From contig CAVPIW010000005.1 in NCBI GenBank assembly GCA_963705105.1, positions 160,001 to 224,000 of the forward strand: DNA of 64,000 nucleotides, read 5' to 3'. Origin of the DNA: an uncultured Nitrospiraceae bacterium (GTDB taxonomy: Bacteria > Nitrospirota > Thermodesulfovibrionia > Thermodesulfovibrionales > Dissulfurispiraceae). The notes under the pieces were generated by a model, which did no database searches, was not told the DNA's origin, and worked only from the letters and a program-made list of their open reading frames with translations. Each line of letters opens with the position of its first letter. Within the stretch, counting starts at the first letter, position 1. The translations under genes and the position numbers were made by a program. Positions 49,472 to 58,781 of the stretch are shown here, piece by piece.

Positions 49472-50938
49472 TCACAACCCCGCGCCCCCCTCTTTCTCCG
49501 TGGCCTTTGCATAGAGACCGGTCATCCTCTCCATGTGCTCATCCATGCTCACGATCTTCGTCTCCCGTGCGCCCCGGGTGATCCTGTCCAACACTGCGGG
49601 ATCATCGAGTATGATACCGATCTTTTCCGCCAGTTCCCCTTCCCGGTAAGGATCGAAAAGAAAGCCGTTCACTCCGTCCTCGATCGCCTCCGGGACTCCG
49701 CCGAGCCTTGAACCGATGACAGGCACGCCGTGCAGAAGGGTTTCCCTCACGACAAGGGGATAGTTCTCCTCCCAGAGGGAAGGGAAGACGACGAGGTGGA
49801 CCTTCGAGAGTATATCTTTCATTTCCCTGTCGCTCCGGTAGCCGCCGTGCAGGAAGACCTTTCCCCCGGGAAACTGACGGGCATACTGTTTCACTTCTTC
49901 ATAGTAGAGTTCGTTCACCGGTCTGCCGTGGATGTGCACTTCTACCCTTTCCCTCTTCCCGAGCTTCATCACCTCCCGGAGGATAACATGGGCGCCCTTG
50001 AAGGGAACAATATTTCCCAGGTAGGCGATTCGCAGCGTGCCGTCAAAAGGCATGTTTTTTACCTTGTCGACGCCGTAGAAGCCGAGCGGTACATGCAGGA
50101 TCTCCCGGTACCCTTCATCTTCATACCTCCTCTTCAAATGCCGGGACGGGCTCAGGACGACACGGGGAAATTCGAACTGGCGCTTAAAAAATGTATACCG
50201 GAAAACATGATCCCTCACGTTTTCATCATTCACCGGCTCTTCGGCCTTCACGTCGGCGACGGGCTGTTTGTACAGGATCGCTTTTATCTTCTGTATCATG
50301 GCAGGCGACAATCGTTCCTTCGGGTTCATCTTCGCCACGAGACGGGACTGGAGGATGCGCGACAGGAACCCGAACCTGGGCGTCACCGACGGATTGGGCA
50401 CCGCAACGTCATGACAGGACGCGCAGTAGACACCCCCTTTCGGTCCCGGGCAGGCGCCGAATCCCGGCCTGATGAGCTGACTGCGGAAGCAGATGTACCA
50501 GTAATCGTGGACCGTGAAGAGGCTCGGCACCCCAAGCTGATGAGCGATCTCCGGCAGGTTGCCCGAGAGGAACGGGAGGTGCTGAAAGTGAATGATATCG
50601 GGTTTTTCCCGTTCAGTTATTTCCCTGAATATGCCGTCGATGGCCTCGTCGATGAAGAAATCCCTGAACGTCCGGGTGAAGTAAAAGGAATTGACGACCT
50701 TGATGACACGGAGCCCCTCGAAGGTGGTGTGGATCACCTTGTACCTGTCGATCGACAGGTCCTGGAGTCCCGTCAGGACAACCACCTCGTGCCCCCTTCT
50801 CACGAGCTCCTGAGAGAGGTGATAAGTGTAAAACTCCGATCCCCCGACGCTTTCCGGGAGAAAACAGAGAACGACCATCATGATTTTCTGCTTCTGACAA
50901 TTAGATGCGAGAGACATGCGCTTCCTGCTTTCTGTCAC
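49472..50938 (-). CDS. GT4 glycosyltransferase
   Basis: GGSEFY, TVHDYWYIC, KG, PSLWEENYPLVVRE and GGVPE. Start uncertain. Confidence 0.9.
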   Translation of the reverse strand: MTESRKRMSLASNCQKQKIMMVVLCFLPESVGGSEFYTYHLSQELVRRGHEVVVLTGLQDLSIDRYKVIHTTFEGLRVIKVVNSFYFTRTFRDFFIDEAIDGIFREITEREKPDIIHFQHLPFLSGNLPEIAHQLGVPSLFTVHDYWYICFRSQLIRPGFGACPGPKGGVYCASCHDVAVPNPSVTPRFGFLSRILQSRLVAKMNPKERLSPAMIQKIKAILYKQPVADVKAEEPVNDENVRDHVFRYTFFKRQFEFPRVVLSPSRHLKRRYEDEGYREILHVPLGFYGVDKVKNMPFDGTLRIAYLGNIVPFKGAHVILREVMKLGKRERVEVHIHGRPVNELYYEEVKQYARQFPGGKVFLHGGYRSDREMKDILSKVHLVVFPSLWEENYPLVVRETLLHGVPVIGSRLGGVPEAIEDGVNGFLFDPYREGELAEKIGIILDDPAVLDRITRGARETKIVSMDEHMERMTGLYAKATEKEGGAGL

Positions 50939-50971
50939 CTGTTCTTTTGTCTACCGTCCACTGTTTGCTGC

Positions 50972-51188
50972 TTACCTTATCGCTGCAATAGGATGTCCGG
51001 AAAGGCGGGATAAAGATGCCGAAAAGCCTTGGTGCTGCGAAACCTTTGCCTTCCCACAAGGATCATTTCAGGCCTACGGTCGATCGCACAAAGGATGAAT
51101 CCCACATTTCCAATTTCAACTGATCATTCTCGCTATCAGCAAGGCCTTGAGGCGCTTTATCCCGCCTTTTCACACAACTGAAAGGCTT
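50972..51188 (+). repeat. Dispersed hairpin repeat, family A subtype 2
   Basis: AAAGGCGGGATAAAG...CTTTATCCCGCCTTT arms. Matches 38677-38895. Confidence 0.85.
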
Positions 51189-51202
51189 ACTGCCTGCCTG
51201 CT

Positions 51203-52036
51203 TCACCGGGCCTCCCTGCTGCCGACATAGAGCCCCAATTCCTGCGCAAGCCGGTAGACGATGATGTGAAAGAGCCACATCGGACTATACCCGTTTTCCC
51301 TGACAAACCTGAAATCCGTCCGGACGTGCCGTTTCCAGTCGACATAGACGTCTTTCAGGGTCCTGTCCGGCAGGTTCAGGCAATGCTTAAGCGAACACCG
51401 CTCCTTCCGGTATCTCCTGAAGTAGTACCACGGAGATGACGAGTGCGAATGGAATACCCGGGCACAAGGGATGTAACGGATAGAGAATCCCCGGCTCATC
51501 ACTTCCTTTGCCCAGAAAAGATCCTCGCAGGCCGGGAGCGCTTCGTCGAATCTCACCTGCTCCCACATCCATTTCCTCACGGCCGCGTTCGCGTTCGAGA
51601 ACTTGTTGCCGTCCGGCCCCACCTCAGGGAAGTGGTTCAGGATGTCCCTTGCCTGGGACGGGCAGGTCTCGGGCCAGGGGATGTCCCGTCCAAAGGTAGC
51701 TGCCACTGCGGGATCCTCGAAGGGCTCGACCATGAGGTTGAAATAATCGACTCCTTCCGGCACCGAGTGCCCGCTCAGGTGGAGCATAATATCGCCCCGG
51801 GCCTCTGCTATCCCGATGTTGAGGGCGCGACCGAATGAGAACGCCTGCGGTTTCATTTCGATGACCCGGCAGCCCGAGGAACGGGCGATCCCGACGGTTT
51901 CATCAGTCGAGCCCGAATCGACGAGGATGATCTCGACGGGTCCGCCGTACTCCTGCTCCTTCAGCCTCTGCAGCACCCTGCCGAGATAGGCCGATTCGTT
52001 CTTCGTCCTGATTATGACGGAAACAGGAGGGGTCAT
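51203..52036 (-). CDS. GT2 glycosyltransferase, paralog of 39735-40583
   Basis: VIIRTKNE, VDSGSTD, FGRALN, LSGH, FSNAN and CED. Confidence 0.88.
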   Translation of the reverse strand: MTPPVSVIIRTKNESAYLGRVLQRLKEQEYGGPVEIILVDSGSTDETVGIARSSGCRVIEMKPQAFSFGRALNIGIAEARGDIMLHLSGHSVPEGVDYFNLMVEPFEDPAVAATFGRDIPWPETCPSQARDILNHFPEVGPDGNKFSNANAAVRKWMWEQVRFDEALPACEDLFWAKEVMSRGFSIRYIPCARVFHSHSSSPWYYFRRYRKERCSLKHCLNLPDRTLKDVYVDWKRHVRTDFRFVRENGYSPMWLFHIIVYRLAQELGLYVGSREAR

Positions 52037-52725
52037 CGGGCACTCGTGTCCCGCTCCGCAAGGAAATATGCAGCCCTCCCCTGCCACTCAGACGTCGTCT
52101 CGATCACCCTGAAGCCGCATACCTTCAGTAAACCGGCGATGAAATTCGTGGTGAAGAGATACCACCATGCGGCATAGTCATCGAGAGACCATCCGCTCTC
52201 GACAGGGAGATTGATGCCGACGATCTTCGCACCCACCTCTTCGAAATAGGCGGCGACGACGCTTCTCTGCCCGTTGCTCAGCGCCGGGACGAGGAGCGCC
52301 GTGTTGTCTGCCATCGCGATCGTTCCCGCATCGTTCGAGATCGTCAGAGGAATGACGGTGCTGCCGAGTATCATGGTCTTCCTCGTGATCCTGGCGAGCT
52401 GGGAGACCGTGTAGAGGGGATTCGGGCAATGATAGACGACACCGGCACAGTGGACGACATCAAAGGATCCTACCCTTTCGGGGAAATGAGGATCATCGAC
52501 ATTTCCCTGCATGCACCGCGAGCAGACCACTCCCTGCTCTTTGCAGCGCTGATGGAACTTTGTCCACATCTCATGATCGAGAGGGGCGATATCCACCATG
52601 GCCGCCTCAGCAGCCCCCGCTTTTGCGGCGACCGTCACCCGCTCGTTGAGGGTCCCCCAAAGTCCGCCCACATCCGCAAATGTTTTCCCCCGGACGACCG
52701 CCTGTATCCACTCGTTACACGACAT
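52033..52725 (-). CDS. Class I SAM-dependent methyltransferase
   Basis: FADVGGLWG and FDVVHCAGVVYH. Confidence 0.78.
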   Translation of the reverse strand: MSCNEWIQAVVRGKTFADVGGLWGTLNERVTVAAKAGAAEAAMVDIAPLDHEMWTKFHQRCKEQGVVCSRCMQGNVDDPHFPERVGSFDVVHCAGVVYHCPNPLYTVSQLARITRKTMILGSTVIPLTISNDAGTIAMADNTALLVPALSNGQRSVVAAYFEEVGAKIVGINLPVESGWSLDDYAAWWYLFTTNFIAGLLKVCGFRVIETTSEWQGRAAYFLAERDTSAR

Positions 52726-52740
52726 GATGTCCTTCTCCTT

Positions 52741-54294
52741 TCACTTTTTAGCCGGCTCGTCCCGCGGCATGACGTAGCCGGGAACGGTCCGCAGTGCTTC
52801 CGCGTAAACTCTCCATGAATGCCTCGACTCGATAAGATCCCTCGCATGACGGGCAATCCTGCCGAGGACCTGACGGTCGGCGAAAATGCCATCCAAACGC
52901 CTCACATACCCTCCGACGTCATCGTAGGGATCGACGATAAAGCCCGTTTCGCCGTCGATGATGACCTCGGGGATCCCTCCCGTCTTCGAGGCAATGACCG
53001 GAAGACCCATGGAAATGGCCTCGAGAATCACATTTGGGATGCCGTCCCATTGAGATGTATAGAGAAACAGGTCGTACTGATCTGCGGGCAGCGAGGGGAG
53101 GCCTTCGAATCCCCCCTGATAACGGACGTTCGGCAACGTCCTCAGTGCCGTGACGAAGCGGTCCGCATCCAGGTGCGATGTGCCGTACACAGGTGTCCCG
53201 TAAACGTGAAACGTGAAGGGGAGACGGGCGGCGTCACACGCTTCGGCAATGCCGATCAGGATGTCGGGCCTCTTCTGTATATCGAGCCGGCTCGCCCAGA
53301 GGATGTCCATACGCTCCTTAACGGTCTTGCCGGGATCGTACTCCCTTGCCGAAACCGGATCAACGGGCTGGTACTGGACATGGAACTTTCCCCGGTCGAA
53401 AGCGAAGATGCCGCAGAGCTTGTCGATGATCGTGCGGTTTTCGGTCACGACGGCGGTGAGCGCATCAAAACAGTGCGGCAGGAAGCAGATGGGATACCCG
53501 ATCATCCTGCCCTCGGGCGTCACGTCCTCGCAGAACGCCGATGCATAGAGCCGCGACCGGCTGGCCAGCGCCTTCCCGTATGTGATAAACACTCTGTATC
53601 CTAAAAGCGAATTGATCGTATGGATAACGGGCGGGGCCATCTGAAGGAGCACCCTGACGAGGAGCTTTTCCTGTTCATCCTGTTTCAGGTGACCGTACCG
53701 TTTGCCGAACTCGATGAACCTCACCGCTGCAGGCAGCCTTTCGGCCCAGGGCGAGTCGTCCCGTTCCGTCGTTACGACGACAACGCCCGTCGCCAGATTC
53801 TCCGTGACGAGAGCCCTGACAAGGTTCAGGGTCACCAGTTCGGCGCCTCCCTTTTTCAGCCACGGCGTCAGGATGACGTGGCTCACGGATGCCCCAAAAA
53901 GCCGGTACAGGTCGAGATAGTGCTCACCGACCCGCGATGGTGAGATGTAGTCTGTGACAACCTCGACGGGTATGCTGAAATCGGGGAAGAGCTGCGGCTC
54001 TATGGCATGGATCTCCCTCCATTCGTCAATGAGCCACGGGGGAAACCGGTCCCTGCGGCCGTGGACGTCGCGCTGAGGCACTGTATGGTCCTGCTCCGTC
54101 ATATGTGCGGTCTCCGCACCGCTTTCCCGATGGTCCGGAGATGAATCGAAGAGCCCCTTGAAGGCCTCTTTCAATGCGACGGCAAACCGGTGCACTCTCG
54201 GATGCCTGTGGACGATCGGCCTCAGGGGGCCTTTGACGGCCCGGTATGCCGACCGACTCAGGGTATAGATGGCCTCAGCAGCCTTGTTCTTCAT
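52741..54294 (-). CDS. GT4 glycosyltransferase
   Basis: GGAE, SRLDIQKRPD, TSQWDGIPNVILEA and GGIPE. Confidence 0.88.
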   Translation of the reverse strand: MKNKAAEAIYTLSRSAYRAVKGPLRPIVHRHPRVHRFAVALKEAFKGLFDSSPDHRESGAETAHMTEQDHTVPQRDVHGRRDRFPPWLIDEWREIHAIEPQLFPDFSIPVEVVTDYISPSRVGEHYLDLYRLFGASVSHVILTPWLKKGGAELVTLNLVRALVTENLATGVVVVTTERDDSPWAERLPAAVRFIEFGKRYGHLKQDEQEKLLVRVLLQMAPPVIHTINSLLGYRVFITYGKALASRSRLYASAFCEDVTPEGRMIGYPICFLPHCFDALTAVVTENRTIIDKLCGIFAFDRGKFHVQYQPVDPVSAREYDPGKTVKERMDILWASRLDIQKRPDILIGIAEACDAARLPFTFHVYGTPVYGTSHLDADRFVTALRTLPNVRYQGGFEGLPSLPADQYDLFLYTSQWDGIPNVILEAISMGLPVIASKTGGIPEVIIDGETGFIVDPYDDVGGYVRRLDGIFADRQVLGRIARHARDLIESRHSWRVYAEALRTVPGYVMPRDEPAKK

Positions 54295-55073
54295 GACCCC
54301 GCTTCATTTCGTCCCTTCCCATCCTCCTGCAGCAAACGCGAGTATATGTCGGGATCAAACAGCCTCGAAGGCCGGATGATCCTGTTGGATTCTTTCGTAT
54401 ATGCCAGAAGAGAGCCCGATCTCTTGATTCTCAGGAAGTGGACCGTCCCGGGCACGACATCGTGGCCGATGGCGCCTGCGAGGGTCTGACAGTTCCAGTG
54501 CCAGTCTTCGTACCCGAAACCTTCACCTCCCGTCGTGCTCTCATAAGTATGGTTCAAGAAAATCTCTCTTTTCGCCATGCAGACGGCGTCCCAGTAATTG
54601 TATTCGATGATGTTGGCATACCTGAACGACCGGTCCGTCGAGGAAATCTGGCGGAAGAGAAGATGCTTCCCTTCGAAATACATCTGGTATTCGGGATGCG
54701 CCACCACCTTGCCGCCCCGCGCGAGGAGGTACTGATAGGCGTCATAAAGCCAATTGAGACAGATGAGATTGTCAGCATCGAGGACCGCGATGTATTCACC
54801 GGTCGCTCGGGCGATGCCGGCATTGCGGGTCAGTCCGAGGTCGCCGACGTCGGCCCTCGCAAGGGTGATGTCTTCACCTTCGGGGGATGAAAAGTATTTC
54901 ACAGTCGCCTCGTCCGGCCTGTCCAGGACGACGACCACCTCCACGGACAGACCTCTTTCCGTCGCATACCGGCGGGATCTATGAAGGCTGCGCATCGTGT
55001 GATGGGCCAGTCGTCCTTCATGGTGGGCCGCGATAACGACTGTTATGTCTTTACTGCCGTGACTGCTCGTCAC
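54291..55073 (-). CDS. GT2 glycosyltransferase
   Basis: AHHEG, DLGLTRNAG, LDADN and GYEDWHWN. Confidence 0.85.
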   Translation of the reverse strand: MTSSHGSKDITVVIAAHHEGRLAHHTMRSLHRSRRYATERGLSVEVVVVLDRPDEATVKYFSSPEGEDITLARADVGDLGLTRNAGIARATGEYIAVLDADNLICLNWLYDAYQYLLARGGKVVAHPEYQMYFEGKHLLFRQISSTDRSFRYANIIEYNYWDAVCMAKREIFLNHTYESTTGGEGFGYEDWHWNCQTLAGAIGHDVVPGTVHFLRIKRSGSLLAYTKESNRIIRPSRLFDPDIYSRLLQEDGKGRNEAGS

Positions 55074-56398
55074 GTCTTGCCGCCCCCCGGTTGAATCATG
55101 TCCCTCAGCTTTCTCCCCGGCCATGTCAATACCCTTCCCACGCGGAAGGAGAGAGATCCGGTGACAGCCTGAAGCTCACCGGTCAAGCTCCTGACATGAT
55201 CCGCCTCAGCCAGCAACTCTCTTTCTTTGTCGCGCAACTCACCTTCCTTGCCCTGAAGCTCTTCCGTCCTTTTCTGCAGTTCTTCATTGCAGGCGATCAG
55301 ACGCTGATTCGTCTCGTCCCACCTCTGCCAGCCCTCTTGCCCGTGCTTCCACACCTCTCCGAGCTTCGTCTCCGTTTCGATAAGCCTCCTGTTGGTGTCG
55401 TCCCACCTCTGCCAGCCCTCCTGTGCATGGCGCCACGATGCGTGGAGCCTGTTCATCCTGTCCAGGCAGAGTCGTCTGAAGGGGTTGTCCGGGTGCCTCG
55501 CGAACTCTTCGAGCAGCGCCGACCTCTTGTCGGGACGGATGATACCGAACAGGAGCAGTGTCATGATCATCCTGTCGGTGTCGTAGGTCTTGATCGAATT
55601 GTATAATTTGACGAGAGTCATGCACGGCAGTGAGCCGTTATCCGGCTCTGCGGGAAGAAGGGGCGACATGTCGTGGTTCAGGAGAAAGCTTGACAAAACG
55701 AGGCCGACATCGATGCTCACCGCAGCTTCGCTCTCCCGCAGGGTGTTGAGATCGTGCACCCGGTATTTGACGAGCGCTTCCTCGATGACGTGCACCCTGG
55801 CGCTCGAGCAGAGACGGAGAAAGAAGTCATAGTCGTGGGCATAGCGGAGGTTCGTGAAAAGGCCCACGGTCCCGAACACCTCCCGCCTGCAGAAGAGATT
55901 CGACGTGGTGATGAGGAAATTACCCGCCAGGAGATTGAGGATTATGTTTTCCTCACCCTTGAAGGAGTCTTCCGGGCTGTGATCCATCCAATACTCTTCC
56001 GGGCCCCGCGGCGATTTGACGGTATTGTCCTCATCGTCGATGAAATCGACGTAGCTGAAAACCGCCGCAAGTGAGGCTTCACCTTCGAGTTTCTCAGCGC
56101 AGATCTCGAGCCTCCGCGGATGATAGATGTCATCGGAGTTGAGAACTGCCACGAAAGTGCCCTGCGACAGATCGATGCCGCGGTTGATCGCAGCGGCGGC
56201 GCCCCTGTTCTCCTGGTAGAAATAACGGACCCTGCCGTCCTCGCAGGCCCGTACGATGTCGCCGGACCGGTCCTGCGACCCGTCGTCGATGACGATGAGC
56301 TCGAAATCTTCGCAGGTCTGTCCGAGGACGGAGTCAATGGCCCTCTTAATGTAGCGCTCGTGGTTATAGAGGGGGATGATGACGCTGACTTTCGGCAT
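55070..56398 (-). CDS. GT2 glycosyltransferase with C-terminal coiled coil
   Basis: IPLYNH, IDDGSQD, LNSDD and HDYDF. The tail has a 28-aa repeat and an SxSFRVGRVLTWP end. Confidence 0.9.
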   Translation of the reverse strand: MPKVSVIIPLYNHERYIKRAIDSVLGQTCEDFELIVIDDGSQDRSGDIVRACEDGRVRYFYQENRGAAAAINRGIDLSQGTFVAVLNSDDIYHPRRLEICAEKLEGEASLAAVFSYVDFIDDEDNTVKSPRGPEEYWMDHSPEDSFKGEENIILNLLAGNFLITTSNLFCRREVFGTVGLFTNLRYAHDYDFFLRLCSSARVHVIEEALVKYRVHDLNTLRESEAAVSIDVGLVLSSFLLNHDMSPLLPAEPDNGSLPCMTLVKLYNSIKTYDTDRMIMTLLLFGIIRPDKRSALLEEFARHPDNPFRRLCLDRMNRLHASWRHAQEGWQRWDDTNRRLIETETKLGEVWKHGQEGWQRWDETNQRLIACNEELQKRTEELQGKEGELRDKERELLAEADHVRSLTGELQAVTGSLSFRVGRVLTWPGRKLRDMIQPGGGKT

Positions 56399-56434
56399 TA
56401 TGACGATGACACCTTATTATCTCTCATGCACCCT

Positions 56435-56667
56435 TGTCCAAAACATCTTGCAGCGAGACCTTGGAAACGAGGATAGGGTGTGGTTTCTGAAGCAAAATTC
56501 ACGGGTATCGTGAACGGCGGCGGGAGTCGAAGGCGATAGCCGCAGCGGGAGCCGCGCAGTGTACCAGAGAAGGCAAAAATTTTCATAACAGGGGCATACA
56601 CATGAGGAGAGGAAGTTTATTTTGGGAAGAAAGCATGCCCTATCCTCATATAACGTTATTTTGGACA
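56435..56667 (+). repeat. MITE-like family B element
   Basis: TGTCCAAAA...GAGGATAGGG and CCCTATCCTC...TTTTGGACA inverted ends. Confidence 0.85.
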
Positions 56668-56701
56668 CCAGTGTCTCTCACGACAAAAAGGGATGAGCGC
56701 A

Positions 56702-57733
56702 TCAGCGCAGTGCCTCCAGGAGTCTGTCGCGCAGTCTGTAATAGCGGCAGAGGAGTTTCCACCCCCGTCCTCCCTGAATGATCCGGATATACTCCTCCTT
56801 TTCACGGAGCTGCCCTTCGAGCCCCTCGTTCCGGGAGCGAAGCCTGCCGATGGCATCATCTTTCTCAACGGTCATTTCGGTGAGACTGGAGATCTCGGAC
56901 TCCTTCTCCGCTATGACCCTGCCTTTCTCCTCGTTGCCCGCGGTCAGGGCATTCAGGCGGTCCCTGTAATACCGCATCACCTCGCCGGTGATCTTGTCCC
57001 TGTGCTTCAGCACGACCTTATCATACTCTATAGCCAGCGTATCCCAAAAGTCCCTGCTCTGCGCTATCTGGTGCTCCGGACTCCACTGGACGTAGCGGGC
57101 CGTCACCTTGTCGAGGTGGATCAGGGGAAACCGGGATCCGCAGCGTATAAAGAAATCCCAGTCTTCATACGCCGCAAACTCCTCATCGAATGTACCGATC
57201 ATATCTGTAACGGTCCTGCTGAAGAGGACATTGATAAGGGGGATATAGTTTTCGAGGAGGAGATCGCAGAGCGAAAAATCCCTCGACCGGAAGACGCACA
57301 CGTCCCGGTCCGTATATGTCATGGTTGTGAAGTCATACTGTCTGGTGACCATCTCGGCATCGCTGTAAGCGAATAACCGGCCGTCGTCATGCAATGCAGC
57401 GAGGAGAGACTCCACATGGTCAGGGTAGAATTCATCATCATCATCGAGAAATCCGACATATTCACCCCGGACATGACTGATTCCGATGTTTGCAGCGTGC
57501 GCCCTGCCCCTGTTGACGTCCAGCTTTTCGTAGGTAAGGGGCATCCCGCCGAGGAGGGATCTCAAATTATCGATGTCAAGGTCGACGCCGCCGTCATTGA
57601 CCAACACGACTTCGATGTTCCGGTAAGTCTGCGCGGCGATGCTGTGCAGCGCACTCTGCAGGAGTTTCGGCCTGTCCTTCGTTCTGACGATGATCGAGAC
57701 GAGGGGCGGATGAATGTCGCTTCGCTGATTCAC
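56702..57733 (-). CDS. GT2 glycosyltransferase with C-terminal coiled coil
   Basis: VRTKDR, VNDGG, FLDDDD and YEDWDF. Heptad tail ending GRGWKLL. Confidence 0.9.
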   Translation of the reverse strand: MNQRSDIHPPLVSIIVRTKDRPKLLQSALHSIAAQTYRNIEVVLVNDGGVDLDIDNLRSLLGGMPLTYEKLDVNRGRAHAANIGISHVRGEYVGFLDDDDEFYPDHVESLLAALHDDGRLFAYSDAEMVTRQYDFTTMTYTDRDVCVFRSRDFSLCDLLLENYIPLINVLFSRTVTDMIGTFDEEFAAYEDWDFFIRCGSRFPLIHLDKVTARYVQWSPEHQIAQSRDFWDTLAIEYDKVVLKHRDKITGEVMRYYRDRLNALTAGNEEKGRVIAEKESEISSLTEMTVEKDDAIGRLRSRNEGLEGQLREKEEYIRIIQGGRGWKLLCRYYRLRDRLLEALR

Positions 57734-57863
57734 GAGGGAATGTTAAACCGGAATGCCCGCGAAAGTGTCTGTTTATTTAACATGGTTCGCTATAGTTTAA
57801 CGAGATTTCCCCGTAATGGCAAGGCAAGGGCCACCGGGGTGCGGTTCGTGCCACCCGCCATCC

Positions 57864-58050
57864 GGGAAGGCGGGGCGCATGCGCCGAAAACCTTGATGCG
57901 GCGACACCTTACGCGTCACAGAAGACGACTTTTCAACTCAATGGTCGATCGCACGGAGAGTGGAAGCCTGAAAGACGAACCTGACGAGGCTTATCATCGC
58001 CTTCAGCAAGGATTTGAGGCGCTTCACCCCGCCTTTGCACGCAACTGGAG
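57864..58050 (+). repeat. Dispersed hairpin repeat, family A subtype 1
   Basis: Aligns with 5747-5968 and 58567-58781. Confidence 0.85.
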
Positions 58051-58115
58051 GAGTCCGTTTGACCCCCTATCTGCCCGTCTGGTAGAATAAACAAAATTTC
58101 ACTTGGAGGAATATC

Positions 58116-58544
58116 ATGCAATCTCAATGGCATAGAGTCAGAAACCGGAAGGGCTTCACCCTCGTTGAGCTCCTTGTTGTCATGGTGATCATCGGGCTCC
58201 TGGCCGCCCTCGTCGGTCCCCGCCTGTTCCCGAAACTCGGCAAGGGCAAGCAGGCTGCCGCAAAGGCCCAGATCGAACTCCTCGGTCAGGCCCTCGACCA
58301 ATACAGGCTCGACGTCGCGGCATACCCCACGACGGAGCAGGGCCTCAACGCCCTCACCACAAACCCGGGCGTCGAAAAATGGGAGGGCCCGTACCTGAAA
58401 AAAGGGCTGCCCGTCGACCCCTGGGGAAAACCGTATCTTTACCAGAGTCCCGGCTCGCACGGGGAGTATGACCTCTTTACCTACAGCAGGGACGGAAAGC
58501 CTGGAGGAGAGGGAGAAGACGCGGACGTGACGAACTGGGAATAG
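58116..58544 (+). CDS. gspG: Type II secretion major pseudopilin GspG
   Basis: G|FTLVELLVV, YPTTEQGL, WEGPYL, DPWG and DG..GGEGEDAD. GGAGG RBS. Confidence 0.96.
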   Translation: MQSQWHRVRNRKGFTLVELLVVMVIIGLLAALVGPRLFPKLGKGKQAAAKAQIELLGQALDQYRLDVAAYPTTEQGLNALTTNPGVEKWEGPYLKKGLPVDPWGKPYLYQSPGSHGEYDLFTYSRDGKPGGEGEDADVTNWE

Positions 58545-58566
58545 GGCGCCCACCAGCCCGTCCATG

Positions 58567-58781
58567 AACCGTGTCGTCGCATACGCCCGACAGGAAGGCG
58601 GGGTGCACGCGCCGAAAACCTTGATGCGGCGACACCTTAACCATCACACCAGACGACTTTTCAAGCCAACGGTCAATCTAACAGAGAGCGGAATCCTGAG
58701 AGACGAACCTGACAATGCTCATCGTCGCCTTCAGCAAGGGTTTGAGGCGCTTCGGCCCGCCTTTCACGCGACTGGAAGGTG
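58567..58781 (+). repeat. Dispersed hairpin repeat, family A subtype 1
   Basis: Same-orientation copy of 57864-58050. Its end overlaps the GTG start of the next gene. Confidence 0.85.

Noticed and set aside
49730..51013. Long antisense ORFs (e.g. 427 aa here, 828-1961, 30910-32100)
   Set aside because: They are shadows of well-supported genes on the opposite strand, expected in high-GC DNA, and show no motifs.
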